Source: Conidiobolus incongruus B7586
Lineage: Eukaryota
DNA: 57,407 nucleotides
NCBI GenBank assembly: GCA_000697335.1
Contig: JNEM01007401.1
Span: forward strand, 1 to 57,407
Direction of reading: 5' to 3'
Shown: in pieces, positions 25,445 to 38,393 of the stretch
Position numbering within the stretch: the first letter of the stretch is position 1
How the letters are laid out: every line of letters starts with the position of its first letter
Notes under the pieces: generated by a model
Told to the model about the DNA's origin: nothing
Seen by the model: only the letters and a program-made list of their open reading frames with translations
Databases searched by the model: none
Position numbers and translations under genes: made by a program

Positions 25445-25692
25445 AATTTTTCATATAAATCACCAGCTTTATTTTATGGAATTTATAAATATCAATTTTC
25501 AAGAATTTATATCACCAATCCCAATTGTTAATATAGGACCAGATATAGTGTTATATAAAGTCTTAAATTCATATTGATAAAATAAATTGTATTTATAATG
25601 AATAATGTTACCATAGAAAATATTAAGGAGTATACTAGTGTATCATTGATCATGATAATCATACTATTATTTTTTTAAAATATTACTGAATT

Positions 25693-27786
25693 TTAAACGA
25701 TCAAATAATTAACCAAATTCTCCCAATTGAAATGAATGGAATTGTGCCTATGAATGGAATGAAATGATTTTTTAGGAATATTCGAATCCGTACGAATTAT
25801 TTGACCCCAGTTACCTTCCCCAGCACCTCCTTCCCATACGACTTTGTCCCAGCTTACCATCTCACCAGCAATGAGTGCATATAAGACATTCGATTTGACG
25901 TGAATAAAATAGAACAGGATGGGTTTAGGACTGTTGAATTGAATGAAGTTTTTAACTAATATTTGTAATTCAATTAATCTCTGTATCGATGTATAATCTA
26001 GTTGATTCACATGACAAAAATTGAAGATGATCCCTTTCAGTTGTGAGTTAGTATTGTAAGCACTAGGATTGGACTGTGTGAATGTGAGTTGATGTGCTTT
26101 GAGTTTCTTGCTTCGCTTGAACACATCTCGTGGAGACCAAATTTGATCATCTAAGCTTTCAGGAATGGTCTCTGGTTCGCAGCAATAAAGTACTTGATCA
26201 AGTATTCCAAAGCAAACGCGACTAGCGTTGGTAAAAAGGAGACTTTCCTGGGGTTGGACATACATCCAATATTGAAGTCCATCAAGATCAGGTATCCCAA
26301 TATCCAAGGGTTGCGATCTTCCACGAGAGTCGTTCGGTGGTAAGATCAGGAGTTTGGGATGGGATAGAACGAAAAGTAGATGTGCAATGGCGAGTCCAAG
26401 CCCTGTAAAAACACCAATCTCAATTCCCCAAAGAAATGTAAGTGCAGCTGTTATAAATGCTATACAACCGTCCATCCAGTTGATTTTAAATAGTCTGCGC
26501 CACCAACTGAATGGATCTAGCAGGTTGTAACTTGCGATGAGGATTACACTCGCAATAATGGGCATTGGTAAATAGTAGAATACGGAAGTGAGTGCATACA
26601 TTACAACTATTACGAGACATCCAGTGATCACATTACTGATTGGAGTTTTCGCACGACAATCGCTCTGCACAACACTTCGAGGTAAACTAGCAGCCACAGG
26701 GAAACCACCAAAACAACTAGATGCAAGGTTAGCCCACCCAAGAGCAAACCACTCTTGAGAATTGTCGACGAGGTACATTGATCTCGTCGACATCTTTCGA
26801 GTAACCGCAGTGTGTTCCATGGTGCATACCAAGAAAATAGATACAATCAGAGACCGTACCTCTGCCCAGATTTCAGGCTGAACAATTGGGAAAGTAAACT
26901 TGAAATTAATATCCATATACTTCATTATACTCAATCTAAAATCTGGATGGAATTTAAATATGCAGAAAGTAATCAATAGAAATACGCAGATGACTATTAA
27001 TGTTAACAAGTATTTGCACTTGAGATTAAATTTGGCATTCAGTTTGAATAGCACAGTATACATGAGCAGACTACCAAAGCCAAATAGCAGATCAATATGG
27101 TTTAACTTGGATAAGTTCCTGAATATATTGTGGATGAGTGTTGGAGTTGAATCCCACATGGAATCCACCGGAACTCCCATCAGCTTAGGCAGCTGACTTG
27201 TAACAATACTCAAAGCAGTGCCATTGATAAAACCCATCGTCACACTTTGGGGAATAAAGTCCACAAGGTCTCCCACTCGAAGTACCCCCAAAATAAGCAT
27301 AATTGCTCCAACACAAACTGTCATTGCATTCGCTAACAATTCGGGCTCAAGATGGGGATTTGAGGCGATGATTCTTCCTATCGACTTAGCCATAGTTCCT
27401 GCTAAAATTGCCGTGGGGCCAACACTCGCCTCCCTACAGGTTGCAAACAGTCCGTACAGTACTGGCGACAGAGCACCGGAATACAACCCATATTGTGCTG
27501 GAAGACCCATCATTTTCGCGTATGCAATAGATTGAGGAATGAGAACGAAACACGTTGTAATTCCACTAAATACATCACTCCACAACCATTTCCAATTGTA
27601 ATCAGTGATCCATTGGGTAATGGGAAATATATTTCTCAAAAAGGTGGGAATGTTCGTCCATATGATTAGAAGCCACGATAAGACTAATTTGAAGCAAGCA
27701 TCTAGGCTGTGTCTCATAGACTCCCATTTGTCCCGCCACGTCATTTTGGCAGCATCTAGTCGCATGGTGGTGTGATTGGATTGCAT
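25693..27786 (-). CDS. SulP/SLC26 sulfate or anion permease with STAS domain
   Basis: IPQSIAYA..GLP..YGLY, VGPTA, NSQEW.ALG.AN, many TM segments and C-terminal VNQLDYTS STAS. Intronless, 697 aa. Confidence 0.92.
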   Translation of the reverse strand: MQSNHTTMRLDAAKMTWRDKWESMRHSLDACFKLVLSWLLIIWTNIPTFLRNIFPITQWITDYNWKWLWSDVFSGITTCFVLIPQSIAYAKMMGLPAQYGLYSGALSPVLYGLFATCREASVGPTAILAGTMAKSIGRIIASNPHLEPELLANAMTVCVGAIMLILGVLRVGDLVDFIPQSVTMGFINGTALSIVTSQLPKLMGVPVDSMWDSTPTLIHNIFRNLSKLNHIDLLFGFGSLLMYTVLFKLNAKFNLKCKYLLTLIVICVFLLITFCIFKFHPDFRLSIMKYMDINFKFTFPIVQPEIWAEVRSLIVSIFLVCTMEHTAVTRKMSTRSMYLVDNSQEWFALGWANLASSCFGGFPVAASLPRSVVQSDCRAKTPISNVITGCLVIVVMYALTSVFYYLPMPIIASVILIASYNLLDPFSWWRRLFKINWMDGCIAFITAALTFLWGIEIGVFTGLGLAIAHLLFVLSHPKLLILPPNDSRGRSQPLDIGIPDLDGLQYWMYVQPQESLLFTNASRVCFGILDQVLYCCEPETIPESLDDQIWSPRDVFKRSKKLKAHQLTFTQSNPSAYNTNSQLKGIIFNFCHVNQLDYTSIQRLIELQILVKNFIQFNSPKPILFYFIHVKSNVLYALIAGEMVSWDKVVWEGGAGEGNWGQIIRTDSNIPKKSFHSIHRHNSIHFNWENLVNYLIV

Positions 27787-28255
27787 TTTATTTTATTATA
27801 TTTTAGAGGTCGTCAATTATAATTTTTATTGAATCAAAGAGCACTAACTATAACCATCACAACTTTATATTTAAATTTAATAAAATATTCTCCGACAAAG
27901 TATTTAAAAGCTAGAGACAAATTTAAAATTGGAAATGATAATCAGTACTAAAAAAATTTAATCGATTCTAGTTAATTTGGGGAATAGAGTCACCTGTACA
28001 CCGAATAGTCAATGATCTCATTTTTACGAGTTTGGATGTTGGATCACTTATTCTGATTTTTCAATTTATCATGTTTCATTTTAAAACGGCGATCTTTCCA
28101 AATAATAAGAGGTATGTGATTTGATTGAATGTAATACATAGATGTTAAGTACTTTAAATTTTCCTTAATAATATATATTATTATTATTATTATTAATTTT
28201 AAACAAACTGTTTTTATTAGCATTCCAAAGGTAACAAATTTTTAAAGTAAACTGA

Positions 28256-30975
28256 TTATTTACCGAATAAATCTTTTTCCTAATCCAATCAAGTTAGTTT
28301 ATAAAATTTAAAATTTGTGTTACTAGTGAACTTACGATCAATTTCGCAGCAATAGGATGGTAGAAATCTTTGTGACTGAGGAATGTGTCTTTAGCCAATT
28401 TTTCTCCGTTAATCGCATTGTTCAATTTCCTAAACCTGGATGAGCTTTTGAAATAGTGGTAGATAATGTAAAACTTACTTGTAGAGGGGTCTAACATACT
28501 TCATTCTTCCTTGCTGGACGAGGAATTTGGCAACGGCTTGGTACAAGGGCTCGTAGTTAGCAATAAGGGCGAGGGAGTACCATCTCAATTTGACTTCACA
28601 GTTCTTAAGATTGCCGAGGTTGTAGATGGATTCGAGGGCGGCGATAGCCTTGTGGGGGAACGCAGGTAATTCAGTCAAGCGCTCCATGAAGACAACTGCA
28701 AATATGTTAGTATTATCTCATATAGGAAAGTGTCGGAGATTACCCTTTTGATCCACGGTGAGATTTTCAAAGTCTTGTAATTTGAATTCACTAAAATCTT
28801 CGTTGTTTCTGGCGGCATCCCATCTACATTCAATTAGGCAGTGCTCAAGATTAAATCTAATTATAATTAAATTTACCTTTGAGATAACTTGTCACAGACT
28901 TCGCCAAGAGTGTTGTCGTAGTGGTTCTTGATGATGGGCATACCAGGCTTGAAGAACCAGCTGTCCCAGTCGACACTATCGAGTAACTTGACTTTTTCAT
29001 CACCGTGTTCTCTCTTGAAATATTCGTAAAGATGATCCTTCCATTGTTGGGTGGTGATGCTCTTATGGGCGAAGGTTTGAATATATTCCTTCATGTAGGG
29101 TTCGTAAACTTCAGGGCCTCCCAACAATTGTTCAAGATAGTACAAGATGCTGAAACCCTTTTCATAGGGGACGGTGGAGAAGGCATCATCGGGATTGGTT
29201 ACAGAGAGATCGGGACAGAGAGCGGTGAGAGGAGAGTCTTTGCCAAAATCATCAATGGCTTGTTGGAGGGAGCGATAACCGAGAATGGCACTGAATTGTC
29301 TGGTGAGTTCACCATGAATACGACCCATAATCTTGCGTTCAAGAAACATGGTCCAACCTTCATTCAACCAAAAGTGGGTCTATGAGGTATGAAAAATTAG
29401 ACGATACACCTGAAATTAATAAATTATTAACCTTACCCAGTTTTGGTTAGTAACCAAATTACCAGTCCAGCTATAAATTAATAATAATTAGATAAAATAG
29501 CATTATTTAATTAGGAAATTTACCTGTGGGCTAATTCGTGAGCAACCACATCAACAGCAGAGCGGTCACCAGCCAAAAGAGTAGGAGTAACCTATTCCCA
29601 AGTTAAAAATTACATTCAAATAATTAGAAATATTAAACTTACAAAGCTTAAACAAGGATTTTCCATACCTAATCAAATTCAGTGTTAATAATTAAATAAT
29701 TTAATATTTATTGATTTACCTCCATATGGAAAAGAGGGTGGCAAGCTAAAAAATCGAGCGTTATTATAAATTACATTGATTCATATAATTTACTTACATC
29801 AATAAGTCATAACGACCCCAAACATATTTACCAACCTAATTAAATATATATCAATATAAAATTATATTAACAATTATTGTAAATTTACCAAAGATTCGGC
29901 AATTGTCAAAAACTTGGTAGTGTCTTGGAATTCCCAAGCGGCAGAGTCGACCTAATTATTATTAGTCATTGAAAATAATAGCCTTAAAGGCATTTACTAT
30001 CTCGGGTTCACTCCAAACAGCGATTTGGTCGCTGATAGCTTTACTGCCCAAGTTACCGACGACCAAAGCGATCAAGTAGGACTAATTGCAGCTTAGTTTA
30101 TTGACTATGAATTAAAGTGAATTGATGTTTACTGGAATGCTAATCTTCTGCTCAAACTTGTAGGTCTTAGTCTCTCTATTGACACTGATCTCGGAACCAG
30201 TACCGATAGCACTCATCAAAGCGGTCAATTGGACGGGAACGTGGACATTGGCACTGTAAGTGATCTTGTTTTGAGGAGTGTCTTGACATGGGAGCATACT
30301 ACGAGCGTGGATCTAAAACTACAGTTAATATTAAATCAAATAAAATAGTGGTATTCACTTACGGCCTATATTGTTGATAAAATCAAAAATAAAAGCAGAT
30401 AATATGGTTAGAAATATTGTTTTAATATCAGCCAAGGATGTAAAATACCTGACACTGGGAAAACAAATAAGGGAATTTCTTGCCCAAAGTCTGACTACAA
30501 AAACCAGTAAATATCAAGCTAGTTCGTCAGTATTTCATAAAAATTTACCTAGGTTTCAACCACTGTAAAGCAGTACTCTCTGGAGTAGTTTCATATTCCA
30601 CCTTAATTTCCAAATGGTTACCAATATCCAATCCACTCAAATCGATTTCCAATTTGCTTCCGAAATTTTCATCTCGAGGGTGTAATTGGAACTAAGGAAA
30701 ATAATCAATCATTATAGAATATAATATCATTACAATAAACTTACCTTTAATTCTTGACTACCGTTATTCGTTGAACATTTAAAAATATTGAGGTAAGAAG
30801 TGTCCAAGTACAACACATTGAGTTCCTTAGTCAATGGAGTGAGTATCAAGTTAACGAAACCTTTGAGTTTATGCTCTTGAAAATTCACACTGATGTCCCA
30901 GTGAATGTGATTGGTCACAACTTCTTTAATATTGCTGTAAGTACTGTTGTCTTTAGGTAAATGTTGTTGACACAT
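28256..30975 (-). CDS. LTA4H: Leukotriene A4 hydrolase / M1 aminopeptidase (Lap2-like), about 17 exons
   Basis: The spliced product contains YLFSQCQAIHARS.LPCQDTP, LPPSFPYGGMENP, VVAHELAHSW (HEXXH), FWLNEGWT, VPYEKG and QGRMKYVRPLY. Last exon is EKDLFGK*. About 16 GT-AG introns were traced. Confidence 0.95.
30363..30365 (-). other. 3-nt microexon (GCC, Ala) in LTA4H
   Basis: Minus strand reads ...caatatAG|GCC|GTaagt.... It supplies the A of the conserved SQCQ-A-IHARS between phase-0 exons ending at 30449 and starting at 30312. Confidence 0.88.
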
Positions 30976-32633
30976 TTTTGGATCAAATTATTACAATATT
31001 GGATGAGTTTGGATGATTCAATTTAATTTATATGGTTTGAGTTAATTTTTTCAGATGTGGGTACTAGGAGGGGGACTTTAATTTCGAATTTTGGACGAAT
31101 TGGATGATGTGATATGACGTCGAAATTTAATGATTTGAATTATTGATTAATCGCTCAATTTTGTTCATACCTAAATCAAGTAAGTAGAATCCTAATTAAC
31201 CAATTGTAGCAAGTTCAGGTGAACACCATATTCCTTTCTAAAGTCTTGTCCTATTTCTCGTATTTATATAAAATTCAGAATTTTATTTGTTCCTGATATT
31301 ATCATTATCATTAAACATTCACATGTATCTATAGGAAAATTTTGATCCAAAATTATTAATGAATACCAAAATATCATAAAATAACCTGCTTTTAAGAAAT
31401 TTTAATTGATCCATTTTTAAATATTATTCTTCGTATATTTTACATTGCTTTTGTTGAATTGTGATCTTGTATATACAAACTATCAATAATTGGAAATTTT
31501 GTAAATTACTTTTTATTTTTTTTGGATCAAGTAACATCAGTATCGTTGGAGTCTGGATTAAGTTTAACTAATATATCAATGAAAATAAGTTCTGCTCCAA
31601 TTATTTTGATGAAATTTTAGTATATTGGGTAAATTACCATTAAATTGAGAGCCAGTGTTAATTCTGGCAATAGATAAATCAATTTTGAATGTTAGTTCTG
31701 AAAATGTCAATAAGATTATTATGATAAATAAATATCAAATATAGTCTATATTAAATAAATTGTAATATATATTTAATTCTATATATTTTTGTTAATTATT
31801 TATATACAATAAAATTTTACTACTTATAATATGATTGAAATAATTTCCAAACCAAAAATTGAGGAATAACATGATTATTTAAGATAATGCTGTGTTTGAT
31901 AATAAGTTTTTGTAAGTAAAGATGGTTGTTAGAAAAGTGCTTGTAATATGATTTAGTAAATTATTTATTAATCCTACTCTATTATGATTTGGGATTATAT
32001 GTCTTAAAGCTTACTTACTGTTGAGACAGTGTAGCAGAATATCCAAAAAAAAACCTCCTCTCTCTTTATCACTCCTGGGTTTAAATAGTTGATTAAGTGA
32101 ATGATATAGGATTTGGTTAAAATCCAACAAAGAGAATAAAGAGTATTTTTTTTAATTATGGACTGATAAAGCCAGGCTGAATTAGAAATAATATTGGCTT
32201 AACTATCAAATCAAGATGTACGGGTAATTTTGAAATGCAATAATAATATTTAAGGACAATATTTAGTAATTGATTGTGAATGAAAGATATCATGTGCTTA
32301 AAAATGGAAAGCAATAGTTATAGCATTCTGAGCAATCATATAGATTCAAAAAAGTATCCGCACAATTCATTAATAGTATTAAATTTTGAAATTTCAATAA
32401 TTAAAGCGATATATTTATTAGATTATATCTTCATAAAACACGAAGGGTAGTTTCATTTCAATATCAAAACACACCAAATGATGGCCCTAGTATTGACAAA
32501 GTATGATGTCTTAAATGATGTAATTAACACTCAAGTAGAATGATACTATATTTGTAATAAGCAAATAGAAAAAATCATTTTTAGACTGTATTTAGTCCTT
32601 TATGGTAATATAATATAAAGTTAGTATCTCCTT

Positions 32634-33956
32634 TTAATTCGTGGCTTCAGCTGCTGGAGCTGTTTCAATTGTATTAAGGTTTTGATTAAAGGATGTCTCT
32701 TCTTCCTCTTCCTCATGTGTTTCCTCTTGGCCTTCTTCCGCCTTAACCAATTCAGCGGCTTGAGAGTTAGATTCAGCTGACTCGCCATTTTGTGTGTTGT
32801 TGGCTTGATTCCTGGGTACCCTAAAATGGATAAGCAAAGATGATTATAGAATGGAGTGGCGTACTTACTTATTGTTCTTAAGCAATTTCAATTGGTAGTC
32901 AGAGTGATTTCTCCAATTTTGATAGAGAATCCAATAGGATGCCCAGCGACCTTCGCATCTGTTGAGGGGTATACCAACAGCTTGGCCAAAGCTCTCAAGT
33001 TGATCACTCATTTCCTTCCTGATTTCAGGATCAACAGCCTTCCAGTAGAGGATTTTCTTTTCTGGGGTTGCCAATCGATTATAACAGAGATTGATGATAT
33101 TCTGAGATTTGCATCGAAGTTTGTCTAAGCTGACTTTAGCAGAAATTGGAGCCAAGTTACCTTGATTCAATGCCAGTTCTTGAATGTCCTTCCATTCAAG
33201 CTTTTTGATTCGACGTTTACCATTCAGCATATAATAGGGTTTTGGAATAGTTCGATTGGGATCATTGTCAGCGGTTGGGTCTGAGGGGTCTTCGCCATTT
33301 GCTGCTGTCCCATTTTTCCTCCTTCCATCAGTCGAAGTGCTTTGCATTGAAGTCACCGATTGAAATATGTCCTGAGGATTAGCTCTCATTGTTTTTGTAG
33401 GAGGTTCTCCCTTACTATTCCCGGAAACAGGAATGACTGTTGTATGGAAATGAGAATCGTTAACAAAGACAGGGAGCATAGCTTGTTTATGAAGTGGATA
33501 TTTCTTGTTGACTGCATCCTGACCCAAGTGAGGGACGCTTTGGATAATTCTTAATGTATTTTTAGGAGGAGGGGGTGGTTTGTAAGGAGCAGGTCCAGGT
33601 TGAATGGGTCTTTGACCAGTATTGTATACAGTTCCGTCTTCTGAAACTGCCTGGCCATTACTCGCAAGTGTAGGTGTGGGTTTGATCGTTGGTAGTTGTG
33701 ATAATTTCTCATATTGTGAATTTAATGAGGCTAATTGACTTGCATTGATGGCGTTTTCTGCATTAGAATTTATAGTTTTAGCGACTTTAGAGATAGTTTT
33801 TTCAATTTTATTAACACTGTAGCACAATTGGTCGATCCTATGAGCCAAATTATCTAAACTAGTCTTTAAGTCTTCCATTTGACTCGCCGACGAGTTATTG
33901 ATTTGATCTAATGTAGTACTCAACTTACTGAGAATTTCCGCTAGTTGACCCTCCAT
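32634..33956 (-). CDS. Hypothetical protein (N-terminal coiled coil, Trp-rich helical C-terminal domain, acidic tail); 2 exons
   Basis: 363-aa ORF joined through intron about 32821-32868 (AA|gtaagt...ttttag|G) to the acidic exon ending at 32634. Confidence 0.8.
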
Positions 33957-36900
33957 ACTTGACAGTCTAAATTAATAAAACAAGCACTTTTAAATATAAT
34001 TAATAATAATTATTTAATATGGAATTGATAAGATATATTTTGGTTTTTGAATCAAATTAATGGTAATAAATATTGTAATAAAATTAAAAAATTAATTTGA
34101 ACCAGAATACGGATTATGTTGTGAAGGAATTTGAAGTTGAGAGCGGGATTAAAAAACTCAGAAGAAATCTTTGAAATTATGAATTACTCAAGTTGGACTC
34201 AAAGGATAAAATAAATTTCCTTTTAAGAGTAGATCACGAAATTGAACCAATCAACTCATCCCTCTTTAGCCAATCACTTCTCACTAAATTTTTCATTTGA
34301 AAAAGCATTCATTTCTCAATTTGAAATTGTGACCAATCACAATAGTATGATTTAATTGGTTGAATTTAATAAATGATTATCCTTTTTAGTTCATTAAGAT
34401 TTCATCATATTCATTTTCAGAAATTTAGATTCAGGTATAATTTAATTAAAATTAAACTTTAATAAATAAAATTCGAAAATTTTTATTTGTTAATTGTTAA
34501 AATAGAAGCAACTTAATTAATTTTAATACAATTGAAAATAATAGCTCACTTTACAGGTTAATCCTATATTTAAAGGATACATTATAAATACCAAATGCTA
34601 TAAATTATTAATCATTAAAATTATTGATATTGATAAATTAATTCTTTTGATTAATTTGTTTACCAGTTAAATTGTTGGATCAATTTGATCAAATTCAAAT
34701 TAACCAGTCACAGAATTTTTATAATTAGCTTATTTAAATTCAATATAAAATTAAAATAGAGAATATATTGTCAAAATATTCATTATTTTTTAATATTACT
34801 ATATATTTAAAAAAGAATTAATCTTATTTATTATATGCCCACTTATATTTAAACTTTCAAATTGATCAAATTTGATCTCCCTTGTCCAAGTTTTGCATGG
34901 AGTCCAGAGACCTCTAGAGGGTAAGCTTCAATGCCAACCCTGGGAGACTGGCTTAGTTGATTGTGAGGAAGCAAATGAGTATGTTCCTAATAATATTGAT
35001 ATCTTGGTTAATTCTCTCATGAAACTGAAGACACCTGAAAATTTTGCTTGAGTTATATATACACAAATATCCATAATTAACTAATTTTTTGCTTGTGTAA
35101 TAATTGCCATAGATAGATTATTATCTTGAATCAATGGCATTTTCTATTTTATTGAGTAAACTTTGCTTAAATCTATAATAAAACTACCTTAGTATTGCTC
35201 TTTTATTCTTACTCATAATTTATTTATTAATTTATTTATTTTTCATTTTCTTAAATTCGAGTTAAAAATAATGTTTATCAATTAAATTGATAAGTTGCTT
35301 ATACACCCAATTTATAATGATTTTAATTTACTTTTAGATTTTATAATTGTTTTTTATATTATATAATTTTCAATAATACATTCCTCTTTGAGATTATATT
35401 AGTTATAACTTATATAAGTACAAAATTAATTTTTTTATTACCACTTTTCCCTATAAATGATATAAATACAAAAGAGTATAATTTATTATAAAGATTAGAT
35501 AGCACGATAAGGCCAAAATTCCTTTTTTAACTCTATTCCACTTAAAAGCTTGGTTGTCATTTATATATTTCATTTTATAATAATACCAAATTAATATTCA
35601 CTAAGTTTTATGCTTTAAAATTTAATGAATACAATTGATTTTTTCTGGTAATAAATTAATTTATTCAATAAGGTTTTTGATAAAAATAAGAAATTACCAT
35701 TTTTGACAATTGAAGTAATTAATAATTCAATTGATTACCTTATTTGTATTAAACCCAAAATTTACTTTCATAAGAAAAAATTAAACATTTGTATTTTAGT
35801 AGATTACTTAATACTCGGTTTGAAATATCGCTAGAAGTTTTTAATAGCTCTTCATTTTCATTCTTGGGGTAATATATTCAAATATTTGGCTTTTAGTTGT
35901 TTTTCAATTTATAATATATTATTCCAGTTAAATAAAGCATTAGCCGTAAACTTATTTTACTAGGCTTAACCAATTTATTAATGTTTTTTGAAATTTAAAA
36001 GCTTGAAGGAGCTAATTTTGTCTGTTTTCAAATATATTCCTTTTTTTCAATTTGTATTTTGTTTTTTCTATTCTCTATTCAGAAAAATTTAATAACCTCT
36101 ATGAAAACAAGATTTTAAATAATAAGGCGGTGATTTAGTAAGTATATTTTTAGACTATGTTTGTTGTCATATTTATATAGAATCATTGATTTTGTGCTTA
36201 TTAATTTTAATGTCAAATATAATAATAATTAAATTTATAAAGTGTATTTTCATAAATATCAATAGCTCTATAGTAGTTTGTATTTAGTTTAATATATCTT
36301 AAAACCTATAAAATTTTAATTCAGTATTGATTTCATATAAAGTATTTTTATATATTCTAAGGTTTTTTCGATATACAAAATTTATTAATTAAATTTTACT
36401 TTTTTGGTATTTTATAAAGGCTTTTCCATAATTTATTTTTGGTTAAAAATATTTTCATATTCTATAATAAGTGGGTTAATATCAGAAATTGAGTAATACT
36501 TAAATCCACCTGGAGCTTACATGGCTCTAATTTTTTGATTCATCCTAATATTTAAATTTCTTTAATAAAATTTTCATTCAGCATGATATTTTGAAAATAA
36601 AAACATAGTCAGTAATGCTTAAATTTGACTAAGGATAATAACTATATATGTAGTTTAATATTTTTTTGAAATTAAAAATTATTATAATAAAATATGCAAG
36701 TATCTGTGTTATAATTCATAGTTTATCTAAGCTTTGATCAATTATTGATAGTTTTACTCAAAGCTGGTAGAAATTCTGTCAATGGTACCAATTAAAATTC
36801 AAATATTATTATATTTTGACCTTATATTACTTGGATACAAGTTAAAAATTTCTCCAAATACAAAGTTAATTGGATATCATTTAATAATAAGCTATAAAAA

Positions 36901-37512
36901 TTATATTCTTGAATAAATAATTACTCATAACATAATATCAATGAATTATTAATGATTAATTCATTTAATCAGTATAATTTGAATCACTTGTGCAAAATCA
37001 TATGATATTCTGTTAAAGTAATCTATTTAAACAGAATAAAAATAATTTTTATTTACCATTTAAAAAACAAGAGATAAAGGTTTATTTAAAAGATTAATTA
37101 TGTCTCTGATTATTATAATATAAATTGAGTAAAGCTCAAATAATTGAATTTTTGTACCATGGATTTGCAATATTTAATGAGATCTCTCAATGTTTTCAAT
37201 TGATAATGTCGAAATGCAAAAGAATAAGTAACACATTCAAAATATAATCCATTCTATAACTTAATATTTGTAACTATAATTCAAATGCTATTGGGATATC
37301 GGGTATACTGTCTTCAATAATTCAATCTCATTGATTTGAAAATCTATTTTATGTATCAGTTATTCATTAAACTTCTAATCCAATATTATAGAGTTTATTA
37401 TACCATATTGCTTATAAATAAACTGAACTGCTCATTTTACCCAACTTAATATAGAATTACATTTAATAAATTATAAATTAGAACATTTCTGAGATATCTT
37501 AATCACCAACAA

Positions 37513-37522
37513 TGGCGCCCAA
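37513..37522 (+). other. Possible LTR-retrotransposon primer-binding site (tRNA-Lys type)
   Basis: ...CCAACA A TGGCGCCCAA: an LTR-like CA end followed by TGGCGCCC, a GC-rich motif in AT-rich DNA. Confidence 0.35.
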
Positions 37523-37949
37523 TATTTTGAAAAATTAAACTCAAGGTTATGTGCATTTAATACCGAATAAATATTATTATTCTATATGATTAATTATATT
37601 TTAAATTAATACTAAGATAATTTAAATTTGTTTTATAATTTTAATAATAAAAATATATCAACCTATAAAATAATCCATAAAAGTTTAATCAATAGAAATA
37701 ATAATTTAAAAAAATAAGTGAAAAAAATCGTTGAATTATAGAAGGATATGAGATTCAGAAAATATATAATGAGAAAAATGAAAAATAGATAAGAAGATTA
37801 GAGAGGACAAATTTTGATTAAATTATAGTGAAGTTCACTAAAAAATAAAATATTTAAAAAATTGTATAAAAAATGTTGAAAAATAAAGTACAAAATTAAA
37901 ATGATTTGCCATTAAATAAATATAATGAATTTAATTGGAATGAGATTAA

Positions 37950-38021
37950 AGCAGCGTAGCGCAGAGGAAGCGCGCGGGGCTCATAACCCCGAGGTCGGAG
38001 GATCGAAACCTCTCGCTGCTA
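37950..38021 (+). tRNA. Initiator tRNA-Met (CAT)
   Basis: Cloverleaf with AGCAGCG...CGCTGCT-A (A1:U72), G-C-rich anticodon stem around CTCATAA and T-loop GATCGAAA (A54). A T-run follows. Confidence 0.97.
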
Positions 38022-38393
38022 TTAATGGAATTAATTTTTTTAATTCCTTATATTTGAATTAATCACAACTTTAAATTAGTATACCTCATTATTTAACTTG
38101 TATTTTTATTTTATTATGCTTATATCAGTCGTTTTCATAATTTTTAATTCATTTAATTTAAATTATATACATCAAAATATGTTATTGTGATTTTTTGTAA
38201 AAAAAATTAGCTAAATTGATTATTATTTAATTATATTAATAAAATTATCTTTAATTATTAAATTTATAATATATTATTCAATACCTTCAATTCTTTAATA
38301 TATTTTTAACATTATAATTAAATTAATAAATAATTATTCATTATAAATTTTTATTAATAATTGATTATATTGAATTTGTTTTGAATATTGAAA

